Under the pieces are notes generated by a model. That model made no database searches and was not told the DNA's origin. It saw nothing but the letters and a program-made list of their open reading frames with translations. The position numbers were made by a program, and so were the translations under genes. A stretch of 64,000 nucleotides of DNA, from positions 62,001 through 126,000 of IMG/VR virus record IMGVR_UViG_3300048121_001678. One strand, given 5' to 3'. Shown here one piece after another: positions 9,515-18,154 of this stretch (positions are counted from its first letter, which is position 1; every line of letters starts with the position of its first letter).

Positions 9515-9964
9515 TTATTCATCATAAAAAATCACCTCCACACCACTTTCTTCAAACATTTGTTTTGAACGTTTGGCATGTTCGTCCCAATGTTCTCGGT
9601 TTCGTGTGGTATCCTGAGTCTTACAGTATATACGTCTTACCCCTGAACTGATAATCCCACGAGCACAATCACTACACGGAATACCACAGGTCAGATACAT
9701 TGTCGTATCTCTTAGACTAACACCGATACGTGCAGCATTATACAAAGCGTTACGTTCAGCATGTTCAAACCAAAAATACTTCTCTGGTCTTACCTGACGT
9801 TCTTCAACATCATCGTTGATACCACGAGGAAAGGAGTTATACCCAGTGGTGATAATCTCATTATCTTTTCCAACGATAACGGCACCTATCTGAGTTCGTT
9901 GGTCCTTTGACTTTAGTTTAACGGTCTCAGCGATGTTTAAAAAATACTTATCCCAATTCATCAT
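9515..9964 (-). CDS. dCMP deaminase
   Basis: TGYN, HAERNA and PCSDC zinc-binding motifs. Confidence 0.93.
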   Translation of the reverse strand: MMNWDKYFLNIAETVKLKSKDQRTQIGAVIVGKDNEIITTGYNSFPRGINDDVEERQVRPEKYFWFEHAERNALYNAARIGVSLRDTTMYLTCGIPCSDCARGIISSGVRRIYCKTQDTTRNREHWDEHAKRSKQMFEESGVEVIFYDE

Positions 9965-10097
9965 CTTCTTTTTTTACATACCACGATGGGTTTGGTAGAC
10001 CTGAATACTCATCCCACTCTTCATCAGGTATCCAATTTACTGTACTACCTGAGAGACGTTGTTCGTCTTCTCTATCTTTACTATTCCGTCTGCCCAT
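9948..10097 (-). CDS. small acidic protein (49 aa), not in ORF track
   Basis: manual translation MGRRNSKDREDEQRLSGSTVNWIPDEEWDEYSGLPNPSWYVKKEDDELG*; fills the apparent gap and overlaps both neighbours. Confidence 0.5.
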   Translation of the reverse strand: MGRRNSKDREDEQRLSGSTVNWIPDEEWDEYSGLPNPSWYVKKEDDELG

Positions 10098-12412
10098 TGT
10101 GATACCATTGGATTATGTGTAATTATTAATATTTTCTCGAAGTAGTCCTTAATCTTATGGAAGAATTCTGCAACCATCTCCAAGTTGTCGTTAGATATTT
10201 TACCGAATACCTCATCGAATACAACGATATTTGGTTTTGGTAGAGAACATACTTTTGATAGAACTGCTCTGAGTGCTAGTGACGCCATTGTTCTTTCAAA
10301 CCCTGAACCTGAAGACATCAACTTTTCAATACCAGTGTTGTTATCAATCATCCAAAACTCCACTTCATCTTTATCAGATATACGAACCTCTAACTTAAAC
10401 TCCGCAGAATCAACTAATAATCTTTGTAGTTCTGAGTTGATGACTGGCATCATACTTCTCATAATCATCTTTGATATACCTTTCTTACCAAACAGTTCCA
10501 AATATATTTTATAGATTTTAAGTTTCGACTCTTCTTCTTTGATTTTCTGAATTAATTCTTTAAAGTCTTCAATCTTCTCCTCATATTTTTTAATGTTGGC
10601 CTCGGAATTAGTGATTTCATAATTCACCCCATCTTTTTCTCTTTGAAGGTCTTCTAACCTCATATCAGCACGTAAGATTGTTTCATCAATTTTTTTATTC
10701 TCCTCAAACTTCTCCTTATCTTTATTAAAACGGTCCAACTTGTCTTGCACTTTTTCCCTTTTTAATGTTAAGGACTCCAATTGAATCTCATACTTTTCTT
10801 TAATGAGTTTATTTCTTTCATACTGGTCGAAATCTTTCTTTAAATTAACAAACGTTAACTCTTTCTTCGATAACTTATCAACCTCTTTGGTACTTACCTT
10901 AACTTTCTTATTAAGGTCTTTTACCTCATCTTTCTTTTTGTCAGCATAATCTGATTTAGCCAACTCTATCCCACAATATTGACAGGAGAAACCTCCCTCA
11001 AAATCCTTCAATTCATCGGTGATGTCTGAGATTTTTGATTCCATTGTTCTCAATGTAATTTTCTCCTCAGACAGAAGGTTCTTAACATCATCATGTTTAT
11101 CCTCGTGATAATACTCAGAAGGTTCAATAACTTTCACTCCTTTTAAGTCTGACTCAGTTGAGATGATTTTGGATTTAAACTCCTCAATATCTCTTTTCAT
11201 ATCGTCAGGTCTTATTTTTAATAACTCACTATCCAAACCAGTATGTTTCTGTTTCAAAAGCCCATCACGGTACTCCTGTCCTTTCTCAATTCTTTGGTTA
11301 ACGTCTTTGAGTTTTTCATTCTGACCTTTAATGTTATCTTCTTGACCTTTGATTTGTTCATTGTGCTCACCAATGTAACTTTTCAAAGACTCGATATCAT
11401 AAAGATTTGAAGTCATACTCTTTTGAAACTTTGATGACATTTCCTTTGCGGTGTCTTCTTTAAGTTTCAATGCGTCCAACCCTAAGAACCTTGAAAGGAC
11501 TTGCCCTCTCGCTGTTGGTTTGGCGTCAATTAACTCTTCTAAGTTACTTGATGTTGTTAAGATTGTCATCAAAAAGTCATCCATAGAACCTATAGATTTC
11601 TTAATGAAGTCTTCTGTTTCCCTTCTTTGTTCACCAGTGAAGTTCAATAGGCTACCGTCGGCAAGTTTTTTGAAGAAGTCCAAAGAAGTACTAACAGTGT
11701 AGTCTTTCTTATTTCTCTTCAACTTACGTGTTACCTCTCTGACGATGATATACTCCTCACCATCAATAAGAACTTCACCCTTTACTGTGACCTTATCCTT
11801 GTTTCTAAATCTATTAAAGATTTCTTCTGCCTTACTCGTCTTAGTAGTCTGGTTAAAGAAAAGGAAAAGAAGGAGGTCTACTGTCAATACGGTCTTTCCA
11901 CCAAAATTGGGGGGGTTGGATTCGACCGTTGATATCCCCTTGATTTTATTGAAGTCCAAAATCTGTCCGTCACCAAAAGATAAGAAGTTTGAAAACTCAA
12001 CCTTCTTAATGTACCATTTTTTAAATGGAGTAACTTCCGCTTTATCAGACGCAATCGCGTTCTCAACGGAATCATCCAATTTAAGTACATCATCACTAAA
12101 TTCTTTTAGTCCATTATTATCTAAAAACTTGACAATCAATTCCTTCTGGTAATTCTCATCCAAAATATTCATAGACACGTCTATTGACTGTAAATCACCT
12201 TCATCGGTTTTGACTTTAGTGACCACATTAACATTAGTGGATGAATATTTCTTCTGAAAATAAGTTCTAACTCTTTTTATTCTTTCCTGTGTGAAGTTTT
12301 CGGGGGTATCTTCCCACACAACCTGAATATAAGGATTAGACAAATCATCAGTTTTTAGTTTATGCGACATAAATTTATAGTTTAATTCTTTTGGCGGATT
12401 GAACAAATCCAT
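10037..12412 (-). CDS. Rad50/SbcC (gp46-like) SMC-family ATPase
   Basis: Walker A NFGGKT, long coiled coil, zinc hook CQYC, signature SGSGFE, Walker B VVFDE, H-loop ITH. Confidence 0.9.
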   Translation of the reverse strand: MDLFNPPKELNYKFMSHKLKTDDLSNPYIQVVWEDTPENFTQERIKRVRTYFQKKYSSTNVNVVTKVKTDEGDLQSIDVSMNILDENYQKELIVKFLDNNGLKEFSDDVLKLDDSVENAIASDKAEVTPFKKWYIKKVEFSNFLSFGDGQILDFNKIKGISTVESNPPNFGGKTVLTVDLLLFLFFNQTTKTSKAEEIFNRFRNKDKVTVKGEVLIDGEEYIIVREVTRKLKRNKKDYTVSTSLDFFKKLADGSLLNFTGEQRRETEDFIKKSIGSMDDFLMTILTTSSNLEELIDAKPTARGQVLSRFLGLDALKLKEDTAKEMSSKFQKSMTSNLYDIESLKSYIGEHNEQIKGQEDNIKGQNEKLKDVNQRIEKGQEYRDGLLKQKHTGLDSELLKIRPDDMKRDIEEFKSKIISTESDLKGVKVIEPSEYYHEDKHDDVKNLLSEEKITLRTMESKISDITDELKDFEGGFSCQYCGIELAKSDYADKKKDEVKDLNKKVKVSTKEVDKLSKKELTFVNLKKDFDQYERNKLIKEKYEIQLESLTLKREKVQDKLDRFNKDKEKFEENKKIDETILRADMRLEDLQREKDGVNYEITNSEANIKKYEEKIEDFKELIQKIKEEESKLKIYKIYLELFGKKGISKMIMRSMMPVINSELQRLLVDSAEFKLEVRISDKDEVEFWMIDNNTGIEKLMSSGSGFERTMASLALRAVLSKVCSLPKPNIVVFDEVFGKISNDNLEMVAEFFHKIKDYFEKILIITHNPMVSQWADGIVKIEKTNNVSQVVQ

Positions 12413-12414
12413 TC

Positions 12415-12675
12415 TTACAACTTAATCTCCAAAGGGGTATTTTCGTCTTCGTTTGGTGCACTTACTGCACCCATATCAATTTTAGCTGTTTTACCCTCAA
12501 CAACCATATCTTCTTGTGTCTTACCACTTAATTCTCTAAGCGATTCCATCTGTTTCATCATTTGGTCTTGCCACATTTTTTCCATCTGACGTTGAGCACT
12601 TTTGATGTTTTGATTTCTTGCTTGAACTCTCTTACGGTGTGCCTTAGCACCACCTCTTTTTTTTGATTTTCCCAT
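12415..12675 (-). CDS. small protein with basic N-terminus
   Basis: MGKSKKRGGAKAHRKRVQARN, 86 aa. Confidence 0.7.
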   Translation of the reverse strand: MGKSKKRGGAKAHRKRVQARNQNIKSAQRQMEKMWQDQMMKQMESLRELSGKTQEDMVVEGKTAKIDMGAVSAPNEDENTPLEIKL

Positions 12676-12677
12676 AC

Positions 12678-12689
12678 TATTTATAAATA
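12678..12689. promoter_or_regulatory. palindrome TATTTATAAATA, putative bidirectional promoter
   Basis: two overlapping opposite copies of TATTTAT in the 26-nt gap between divergent genes. Confidence 0.45.
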
Positions 12690-12701
12690 AATTATTTGTT
12701 T

Positions 12702-12908
12702 ATGAGAAATATAATAACAAAATTCATGAATAACAAGTGGGTTAAGCTCATTTTTTCAATATCTATTATAGTCTCATCTATACCCTCAATTATACAAGAT
12801 TTTCAGGTAGGAGTCAATAATGGATGGCACCATTATGGAATGTTGTTAATTGGTATAAACTATCTTTTAGAATCCCTACTTTGGGTTATTGACTTATGGA
12901 AAAAATAG
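12702..12908 (+). CDS. small two-TM membrane protein
   Basis: two hydrophobic helices; overlaps the start of the CorA-like gene. Confidence 0.6.
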   Translation: MRNIITKFMNNKWVKLIFSISIIVSSIPSIIQDFQVGVNNGWHHYGMLLIGINYLLESLLWVIDLWKK

Positions 12909-13306
12909 AATCATTTAGAAAACAAGTAACACTACTTGAAAGTTTAATTAGAAATGATAAAGACAGCTACGATGAATGGGACTTCTATCGTATAAAGAAA
13001 GATATGTTAGAATTTAAGTACTTAAATCCTGATAATTATGAAATTGATAAACTCATTTTATTATTAGAATCATTGGAAGAAGCACATAACAAATTACAGG
13101 ATAAAAAAATGAACCATAAGTTAAATCTATTAACTATATGGTCCACTATTTTCTTACCACTATCATTCTACACAGGTATGTGGGGAATGAACTTTGATGA
13201 CGTACCTTTACTCACTGGTGATGATGGATTTTGGGTATTTGCCACATTATCCGTCATAACTATTATAGTAATGTTCGCTTACTTCAAAAGAAACAAGTGG
13301 TATTAA
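12896..13306 (+). CDS. miniature CorA-family divalent cation transporter
   Basis: MNHKLNLLTIWSTIFLPLSFYTGMWGMNF (GMN signature), second TM, basic FKRNKW tail; only 136 aa. Confidence 0.85.
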   Translation: MEKIESFRKQVTLLESLIRNDKDSYDEWDFYRIKKDMLEFKYLNPDNYEIDKLILLLESLEEAHNKLQDKKMNHKLNLLTIWSTIFLPLSFYTGMWGMNFDDVPLLTGDDGFWVFATLSVITIIVMFAYFKRNKWY

Positions 13307-13632
13307 GATTCAAAATGGTCAACAATCGTATTGATTGCCCATACACCACCTGAAGCTAACATCCCATCAAAGAAGATTGCAGGTACTGTTGATAGACCCA
13401 TTTCATTACCCCAAATGGAGTAAATAAATGCACCCATAAAAAATCCTACCCACGTTGAACAACACATCATACAGGAAATAATTCCGTGAATAAAGTTGAA
13501 CAACGGTCCGATAACAGGGGTACTTGAGTTACCCATAGTCTCTACTGATGTACGTAATCCTTGAAATATGGAACCATATACAATTATCTGTGTCATTCCG
13601 TATGCGGCTACTAACCATGCTAATAATATCAT
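13303..13632 (-). CDS. membrane protein with CxxCxSxW motif (DUF1360-like)
   Basis: three hydrophobic segments; SCMMCCSTWVG. Confidence 0.65.
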   Translation of the reverse strand: MILLAWLVAAYGMTQIIVYGSIFQGLRTSVETMGNSSTPVIGPLFNFIHGIISCMMCCSTWVGFFMGAFIYSIWGNEMGLSTVPAIFFDGMLASGGVWAINTIVDHFES

Positions 13633-14495
13633 AATTTATTTTTTAAATTTGTTGATGCCAAAAATGTGGCGTTTTCTTTTTTAAACTCTTTATCTAATTC
13701 TAACATAATTTTTTCATATTGTGAAATAAAATTATCTTTTTCTCTAATTTTGTCTTTAAGCTTTTGAATAGTTTTTTGTAAACCTTTAAGTTTTTCAGGT
13801 GAACTATCACCCTTTATCTCTTTGATTACCTCCACTGGTACTTCTTTGATAATCTCGACTTCTTTGATGACTTCGACTTCCTTAACAACCTCTTTAGGTT
13901 TTTCCTCCAAAAGAATTTCCAACTCAGATAGTTGCTTCTCCAATTTTTTCTTTTCAGCATTTGTATTCTTTAGCTTCGTACTATATGTTTTATTTGACTT
14001 TTCCAACTTGGCAAGTTTTCCACCAAGTTCCTTTACCTGTTCGTCATCAGTAATATAAACCTCTTTGGTGACCACCTTTTCGATAGGTTTTTCTACCTCA
14101 ATAATCTTCTCAACTTCTTTAATTACCTCCACAGGTTTTTCAACCTCCACGATAACCTCTTTCTCGACCACCTTTTCGACAATCTTTTCAACAGGTACCT
14201 CTTTGGTAATAACCCTCTCAACCTCTTTGATAACCTCTACGGGGACTTCTATCTCGACAACCTTCTCTACCACCTTTTCAACAGGAACCTCCACACGGAC
14301 TTCTTTAACCACTTCTTTCTCAATGACCTTAACTCCATCGGCGTTTAACATCCCATACTTTTCAATCTGATAACCTTGGGCAAAACATTCTTTTGTGAAC
14401 TCATCAATGTTGAGTTCATTCAACTTACAAAACGCTTTAAGGTCCTTAAGTTCAGAGGACGAAAAATTAATAGTTGGTGAGTTGCTCTGTGCCAT
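13629..14495 (-). CDS. V/E/K/P repeat and coiled-coil protein
   Basis: tandem EVPVEK(V/I)VEK-type repeats plus heptad regions. Confidence 0.75.
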   Translation of the reverse strand: MAQSNSPTINFSSSELKDLKAFCKLNELNIDEFTKECFAQGYQIEKYGMLNADGVKVIEKEVVKEVRVEVPVEKVVEKVVEIEVPVEVIKEVERVITKEVPVEKIVEKVVEKEVIVEVEKPVEVIKEVEKIIEVEKPIEKVVTKEVYITDDEQVKELGGKLAKLEKSNKTYSTKLKNTNAEKKKLEKQLSELEILLEEKPKEVVKEVEVIKEVEIIKEVPVEVIKEIKGDSSPEKLKGLQKTIQKLKDKIREKDNFISQYEKIMLELDKEFKKENATFLASTNLKNKL

Positions 14496-15255
14496 TTTCT
14501 AAATCTTCTATATCTGTAATCTTAAAACTTAAGAATGGACGTGGGTTTGATAAATCAACAAACGAATACTTCTCATTCTCTACATCATAAACACCAAAAC
14601 CGTGTTTAGTTACTGATTCACCAAAGTTTTGTTGTATCGTTGAACCAACCATATACGCCTTTTTCTTATTTGGTATATCAATCACCTGACGTTTATGGAT
14701 ATCACCACATAACACAACATCTAACCCTTTAAAGTTTTCAATCTCATATGCATGGTCTCCAAAGTCGAAACCAGTATCTGTTGTTAGTCCCTGAATCGGG
14801 TCGTGGAATAACCCAATCTTATACCCTTCAGCATCAGAGATGTCGGGTTTGATGTTACCCTGAAACTGTGAATACACACACCAACTTATATTATTATCCT
14901 CATAAACCCCTCGGTCTCTGTAGTATACAATCTCAGAGTTTTTCAATGAATCAATAATAGGTGTCAGCGCATCCAAACGATTAAGATTGTTATTAAGGAA
15001 GTCATGGTTACCAGGAATAAGGACTGTCTTCGCAATCTTTGTACATTCTGTCAATGTCCATGCAACTATTTCAATAAGTTCAGGTGTCATCTGATTCTTA
15101 CTGTGAACCAAATCACCAGTGAAAACAATACGGTCAGGGGTAATCTCTTTAAACTTATCTAACATCTCTGTCAGAATCTGTCTATATAAATCGTGGTCCT
15201 TAAATAACCTTATATGAAGGTCTGAAAAATGTACAATCTTTTTTATCATAAACAA
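14467..15255 (-). CDS. Mre11/SbcD (gp47-like) metallophosphoesterase nuclease
   Basis: SDLH, GDLVH, GNHD, GDIH, GS..QQNFGE motifs. Confidence 0.9.
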   Translation of the reverse strand: MFMIKKIVHFSDLHIRLFKDHDLYRQILTEMLDKFKEITPDRIVFTGDLVHSKNQMTPELIEIVAWTLTECTKIAKTVLIPGNHDFLNNNLNRLDALTPIIDSLKNSEIVYYRDRGVYEDNNISWCVYSQFQGNIKPDISDAEGYKIGLFHDPIQGLTTDTGFDFGDHAYEIENFKGLDVVLCGDIHKRQVIDIPNKKKAYMVGSTIQQNFGESVTKHGFGVYDVENEKYSFVDLSNPRPFLSFKITDIEDLENGTEQLTNY

Positions 15256-16130
15256 CTAAAATATCTATCCCCTCTATCACATAGGAATGTTACTACTATA
15301 CCATCAGGATTATTCTTTTCAATCCATCTTTCTGAAGCCAAAATATTAGAACCTGCAGATATACCAACAAATATACCATGTTCCTTTGCTAATCTCTTAG
15401 ACCTTTTCTTTGCATCTTCAGTTGAAACCGTCATAACCTCATCGACTCTATTCATATCAACCAAAAACTTTGAGCCGTCTCCAATACCTTGTATACCATG
15501 TAACCCTGGCTCACCACCACTCATCACTGGTGATTCTTCAGGTTCAACAGCAACTATTTTTACTATCGGCATATAGTCTTTAATTTTCAATCCGGCACCC
15601 ATTAGTGTACCACCTGTCCCTGTACCTGTAACAAAAGCATATATAGGGAGATACTCTTCAGTGTGATAATGAATGTCACTTAATATCTCCTTAGCCGTGG
15701 TTTCTTCATGTGATTTTATGTTTAATGGATTATTAAATTGGTCACAGTTAAACCACCCATTTTCCTTCGCTAATTTATCTCTAAGATTAATAGCGGTATC
15801 AAACTCACCCGCTGGTACCTCAATAAGTTCAGCGCCATAATACTCCATAGTTTTCTTTCTTTCTTCTGACATATTAGACGGCATCACAATCACACAATGA
15901 TACCCTCTTTCTGCCGCCAACCAAGCGAATGACACACCCATATTACCTGATGTCGCCTCAATAATCGTATCCCCTTTTTTTAAAATTCCTCTATTTTCCG
16001 CATCATTTATAATATAAGATGCTGGTCTGTCTTTTATTGAACCTGTTGGATTGAATACCTCCGCCTTCGCATATAATTTTTCACTTAACTTAATAAGTGG
16101 TGTATTTCCTATTTTATCTGATAATCTCAT
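15246..16130 (-). CDS. cysK: cysteine synthase (CysK/CysM family, PLP-dependent)
   Basis: IGNTPL, NPTGSIKDR (PLP Lys), EATSGN, GTGGT, HGIQGIG, DRGDRY. Confidence 0.9.
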   Translation of the reverse strand: MRLSDKIGNTPLIKLSEKLYAKAEVFNPTGSIKDRPASYIINDAENRGILKKGDTIIEATSGNMGVSFAWLAAERGYHCVIVMPSNMSEERKKTMEYYGAELIEVPAGEFDTAINLRDKLAKENGWFNCDQFNNPLNIKSHEETTAKEILSDIHYHTEEYLPIYAFVTGTGTGGTLMGAGLKIKDYMPIVKIVAVEPEESPVMSGGEPGLHGIQGIGDGSKFLVDMNRVDEVMTVSTEDAKKRSKRLAKEHGIFVGISAGSNILASERWIEKNNPDGIVVTFLCDRGDRYFSCL

Positions 16131-16471
16131 CGTATTGATTTAAATTTTCCGTGAATATAATAATTAAATTGTTCCCACCAAGTTAGTTTAGTTCCCCACA
16201 TCACTCGGTCAATCATATCAATACACCAATTATCCCATTTTTCAAACAGGAAAAAGACATCAATAGTAAGTTCACCAGCATGAGTTACCGTTGGGAATGA
16301 CCATGTGATTTCAAATAGTGAGCCTTCCCAATGAATACCATTGTGGATATTCATGATTTGGAAACCAAACTTATCATGGTCACCACCCAAATACACATTG
16401 AATAATCCTATCTTAAGGTTCCATCGGTGGGTCTTCCACGCTATCTTCTGAAGTAGCTTTCTTATTTTCAT
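16127..16471 (-). CDS. Trp-rich hypothetical protein
   Basis: ORF; ATG at 16471 preferred over the GTG at 16537. Confidence 0.6.
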   Translation of the reverse strand: MKIRKLLQKIAWKTHRWNLKIGLFNVYLGGDHDKFGFQIMNIHNGIHWEGSLFEITWSFPTVTHAGELTIDVFFLFEKWDNWCIDMIDRVMWGTKLTWWEQFNYYIHGKFKSIR

Positions 16472-16541
16472 TTTTTTTTGTTTTTTCATTCCACATTTCA
16501 TCCCAAAAATAAAACTCTTGTTTATCCTTAAAATCACTCAT
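16413..16541 (-). CDS. small acidic protein (42 aa), not in ORF track
   Basis: manual translation MSDFKDKQEFYFWDEMWNEKTKKNENKKATSEDSVEDPPMEP*; ATGAGTGA overlap with upstream stop. Confidence 0.45.
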   Translation of the reverse strand: MSDFKDKQEFYFWDEMWNEKTKKNENKKATSEDSVEDPPMEP

Positions 16542-16758
16542 CCCCAAGAATATTAAACTCCTCATTCATGTGCCCACATTCTCTACATACATATGTTTCC
16601 ATCGGGACCAATTGGTCTTCAGGGGAACCTGTTAACAATTTACTAATTTTTTTTATAATTGTCACCTTTTCAAAGAAAATATTTTCACATTTCTCACATT
16701 TGATATTCGGTGAATCCATTACGTTCACCTGAATCTGTTTTCCTCCACTTAAATCCAT
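16534..16758 (-). CDS. small zinc-ribbon protein
   Basis: CEKC ... CREC. Confidence 0.75.
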   Translation of the reverse strand: MDLSGGKQIQVNVMDSPNIKCEKCENIFFEKVTIIKKISKLLTGSPEDQLVPMETYVCRECGHMNEEFNILGDE

Positions 16759-16772
16759 AATTTATTTGGCAT

Positions 16773-17411
16773 TTATCTTTTTAATTGGCAGAATGATACA
16801 ATAATGTATCTCTGACCTGTTAATACGGGTAAACCCCCGTGACGATGAGTTATTTGACCTGGATGTACCGATATATAACCTTTTTCACCTTTGAGTGATG
16901 TTTTTTGGTTTGGAAAATACGTACCACCACCAGTAAAATCTTCAGTATTTAATGTAACCACAACAGTTATTTGACTCGCATCGTGGTGTAAACCTAAATG
17001 ATATTGTGCATATGGGTGGTATCTCGCAATAAAGTTTTCCGAATGTAAATTCACCCATTCAGGTTCTTCTAATTTAAATAAATGTGCTGACATAGGCCAC
17101 ACATACTCCTCCAGTATCGATTGGTAAGTATCATGTAATCCCAAGGTTTCTAATACCATATCAGTTGTTGGATAATTCTCATGTCTATCAACGGTCCAAC
17201 AGTTACAGGCCTCCGCTTCTTGAACTATATAATCACAAAATAAATCTGTGAAACAAGGAATGGTATAGATATTAGGTAACTCTTCCTGTACATATAAATC
17301 CCAATTACCTGTTAGTAATTCAGGTCGTAAAAACTTCTCTTTCCACCCATCAGGGTCAGTAAAATAAGTATATAACTCAGGGTGTATTTTATTGGTTTTA
17401 ATATCTTCCAT
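16773..17411 (-). CDS. 2OG-Fe(II) dioxygenase resembling the PLOD lysyl-hydroxylase domain
   Basis: HHDAS, GGGT.F, HPGQITHRHGGLPV..G.RYIIVSF; N-terminal HPELY..F.DP..WKEKF. Confidence 0.85.
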   Translation of the reverse strand: MEDIKTNKIHPELYTYFTDPDGWKEKFLRPELLTGNWDLYVQEELPNIYTIPCFTDLFCDYIVQEAEACNCWTVDRHENYPTTDMVLETLGLHDTYQSILEEYVWPMSAHLFKLEEPEWVNLHSENFIARYHPYAQYHLGLHHDASQITVVVTLNTEDFTGGGTYFPNQKTSLKGEKGYISVHPGQITHRHGGLPVLTGQRYIIVSFCQLKR

Positions 17412-17562
17412 TTTCTTCTCCGTATTCTCTTGCTAATCTTAGACCCCATCCAATCATTAACCCACCAGCAAATGATGACCATAACCATGGATACATACAT
17501 AACCACATCCCTATAATAGCGAATATGCCTGAGTGTCCGTATTTAGTTATTTTTATTTTCAT
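17398..17562 (-). CDS. small two-TM membrane protein (54 aa), not in ORF track
   Basis: manual translation MKIKITKYGHSGIFAIIGMWLCMYPWLWSSFAGGLMIGWGLRLAREYGEENGRY*; short overlaps with both oxygenase genes. Confidence 0.55.
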   Translation of the reverse strand: MKIKITKYGHSGIFAIIGMWLCMYPWLWSSFAGGLMIGWGLRLAREYGEENGRY

Positions 17563-18154
17563 TACAATAATTAATCATATATTTCACATTATTATCTCTA
17601 ACCATTTTAACACCGTATCTGTGAGTTACTTGACCAGGAAAAATATATAAGTGTCCCTGTTTTGGTTTTATAACACAATCATACTTTTCAAAGTATAACT
17701 CACCACCATTATCTACATTCTTATCAAATTTTATTAATTTAGTTATATTAACAAAATCATGATGGAGTCTAATATCATCACCTTTTTCAAATGTTAGTAA
17801 CTCACTCTTGACATTCATCTCTCTAAAACCTCTACCTGATACGGACCAATAGTGATTCATCATTTCAAAACCATATTCCTCAATAACATCATAATAATCT
17901 TGATAGAATGAATGTTCATTAAATTCATACGACTTTAATCGTGTCCCCCATTTATTAGTTACCTGTACCTCTTCATTCTCAATATTTTCTAAGAATTTAT
18001 CACAGAACTCTTCAGTGAAAAAAGGAATTTCTAACACGTCAGTGCATGGGTTTCCTATCATTAAGTCCCATTCTTTGGATAATGCTTCCTTTCTCATGCA
18101 AAGAGCTTTCCATCGGTTAACGTTAGTAAAGTCAAATATTTCAGGGTATTTCAT
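17543..18154 (-). CDS. divergent PLOD-like 2OG-Fe(II) oxygenase paralog
   Basis: PCTDV...P.FTEEFCD, HHD, GGELYF, FPGQVTHRYG. Confidence 0.75.
   Translation of the reverse strand: MKYPEIFDFTNVNRWKALCMRKEALSKEWDLMIGNPCTDVLEIPFFTEEFCDKFLENIENEEVQVTNKWGTRLKSYEFNEHSFYQDYYDVIEEYGFEMMNHYWSVSGRGFREMNVKSELLTFEKGDDIRLHHDFVNITKLIKFDKNVDNGGELYFEKYDCVIKPKQGHLYIFPGQVTHRYGVKMVRDNNVKYMINYCNENKNN

Noticed and set aside
17312-17506. 64-aa track ORF
   Set aside because: GTG start and ~100-nt overlap with the oxygenase; the alternative-frame ATG ORF 17398..17562 fits better
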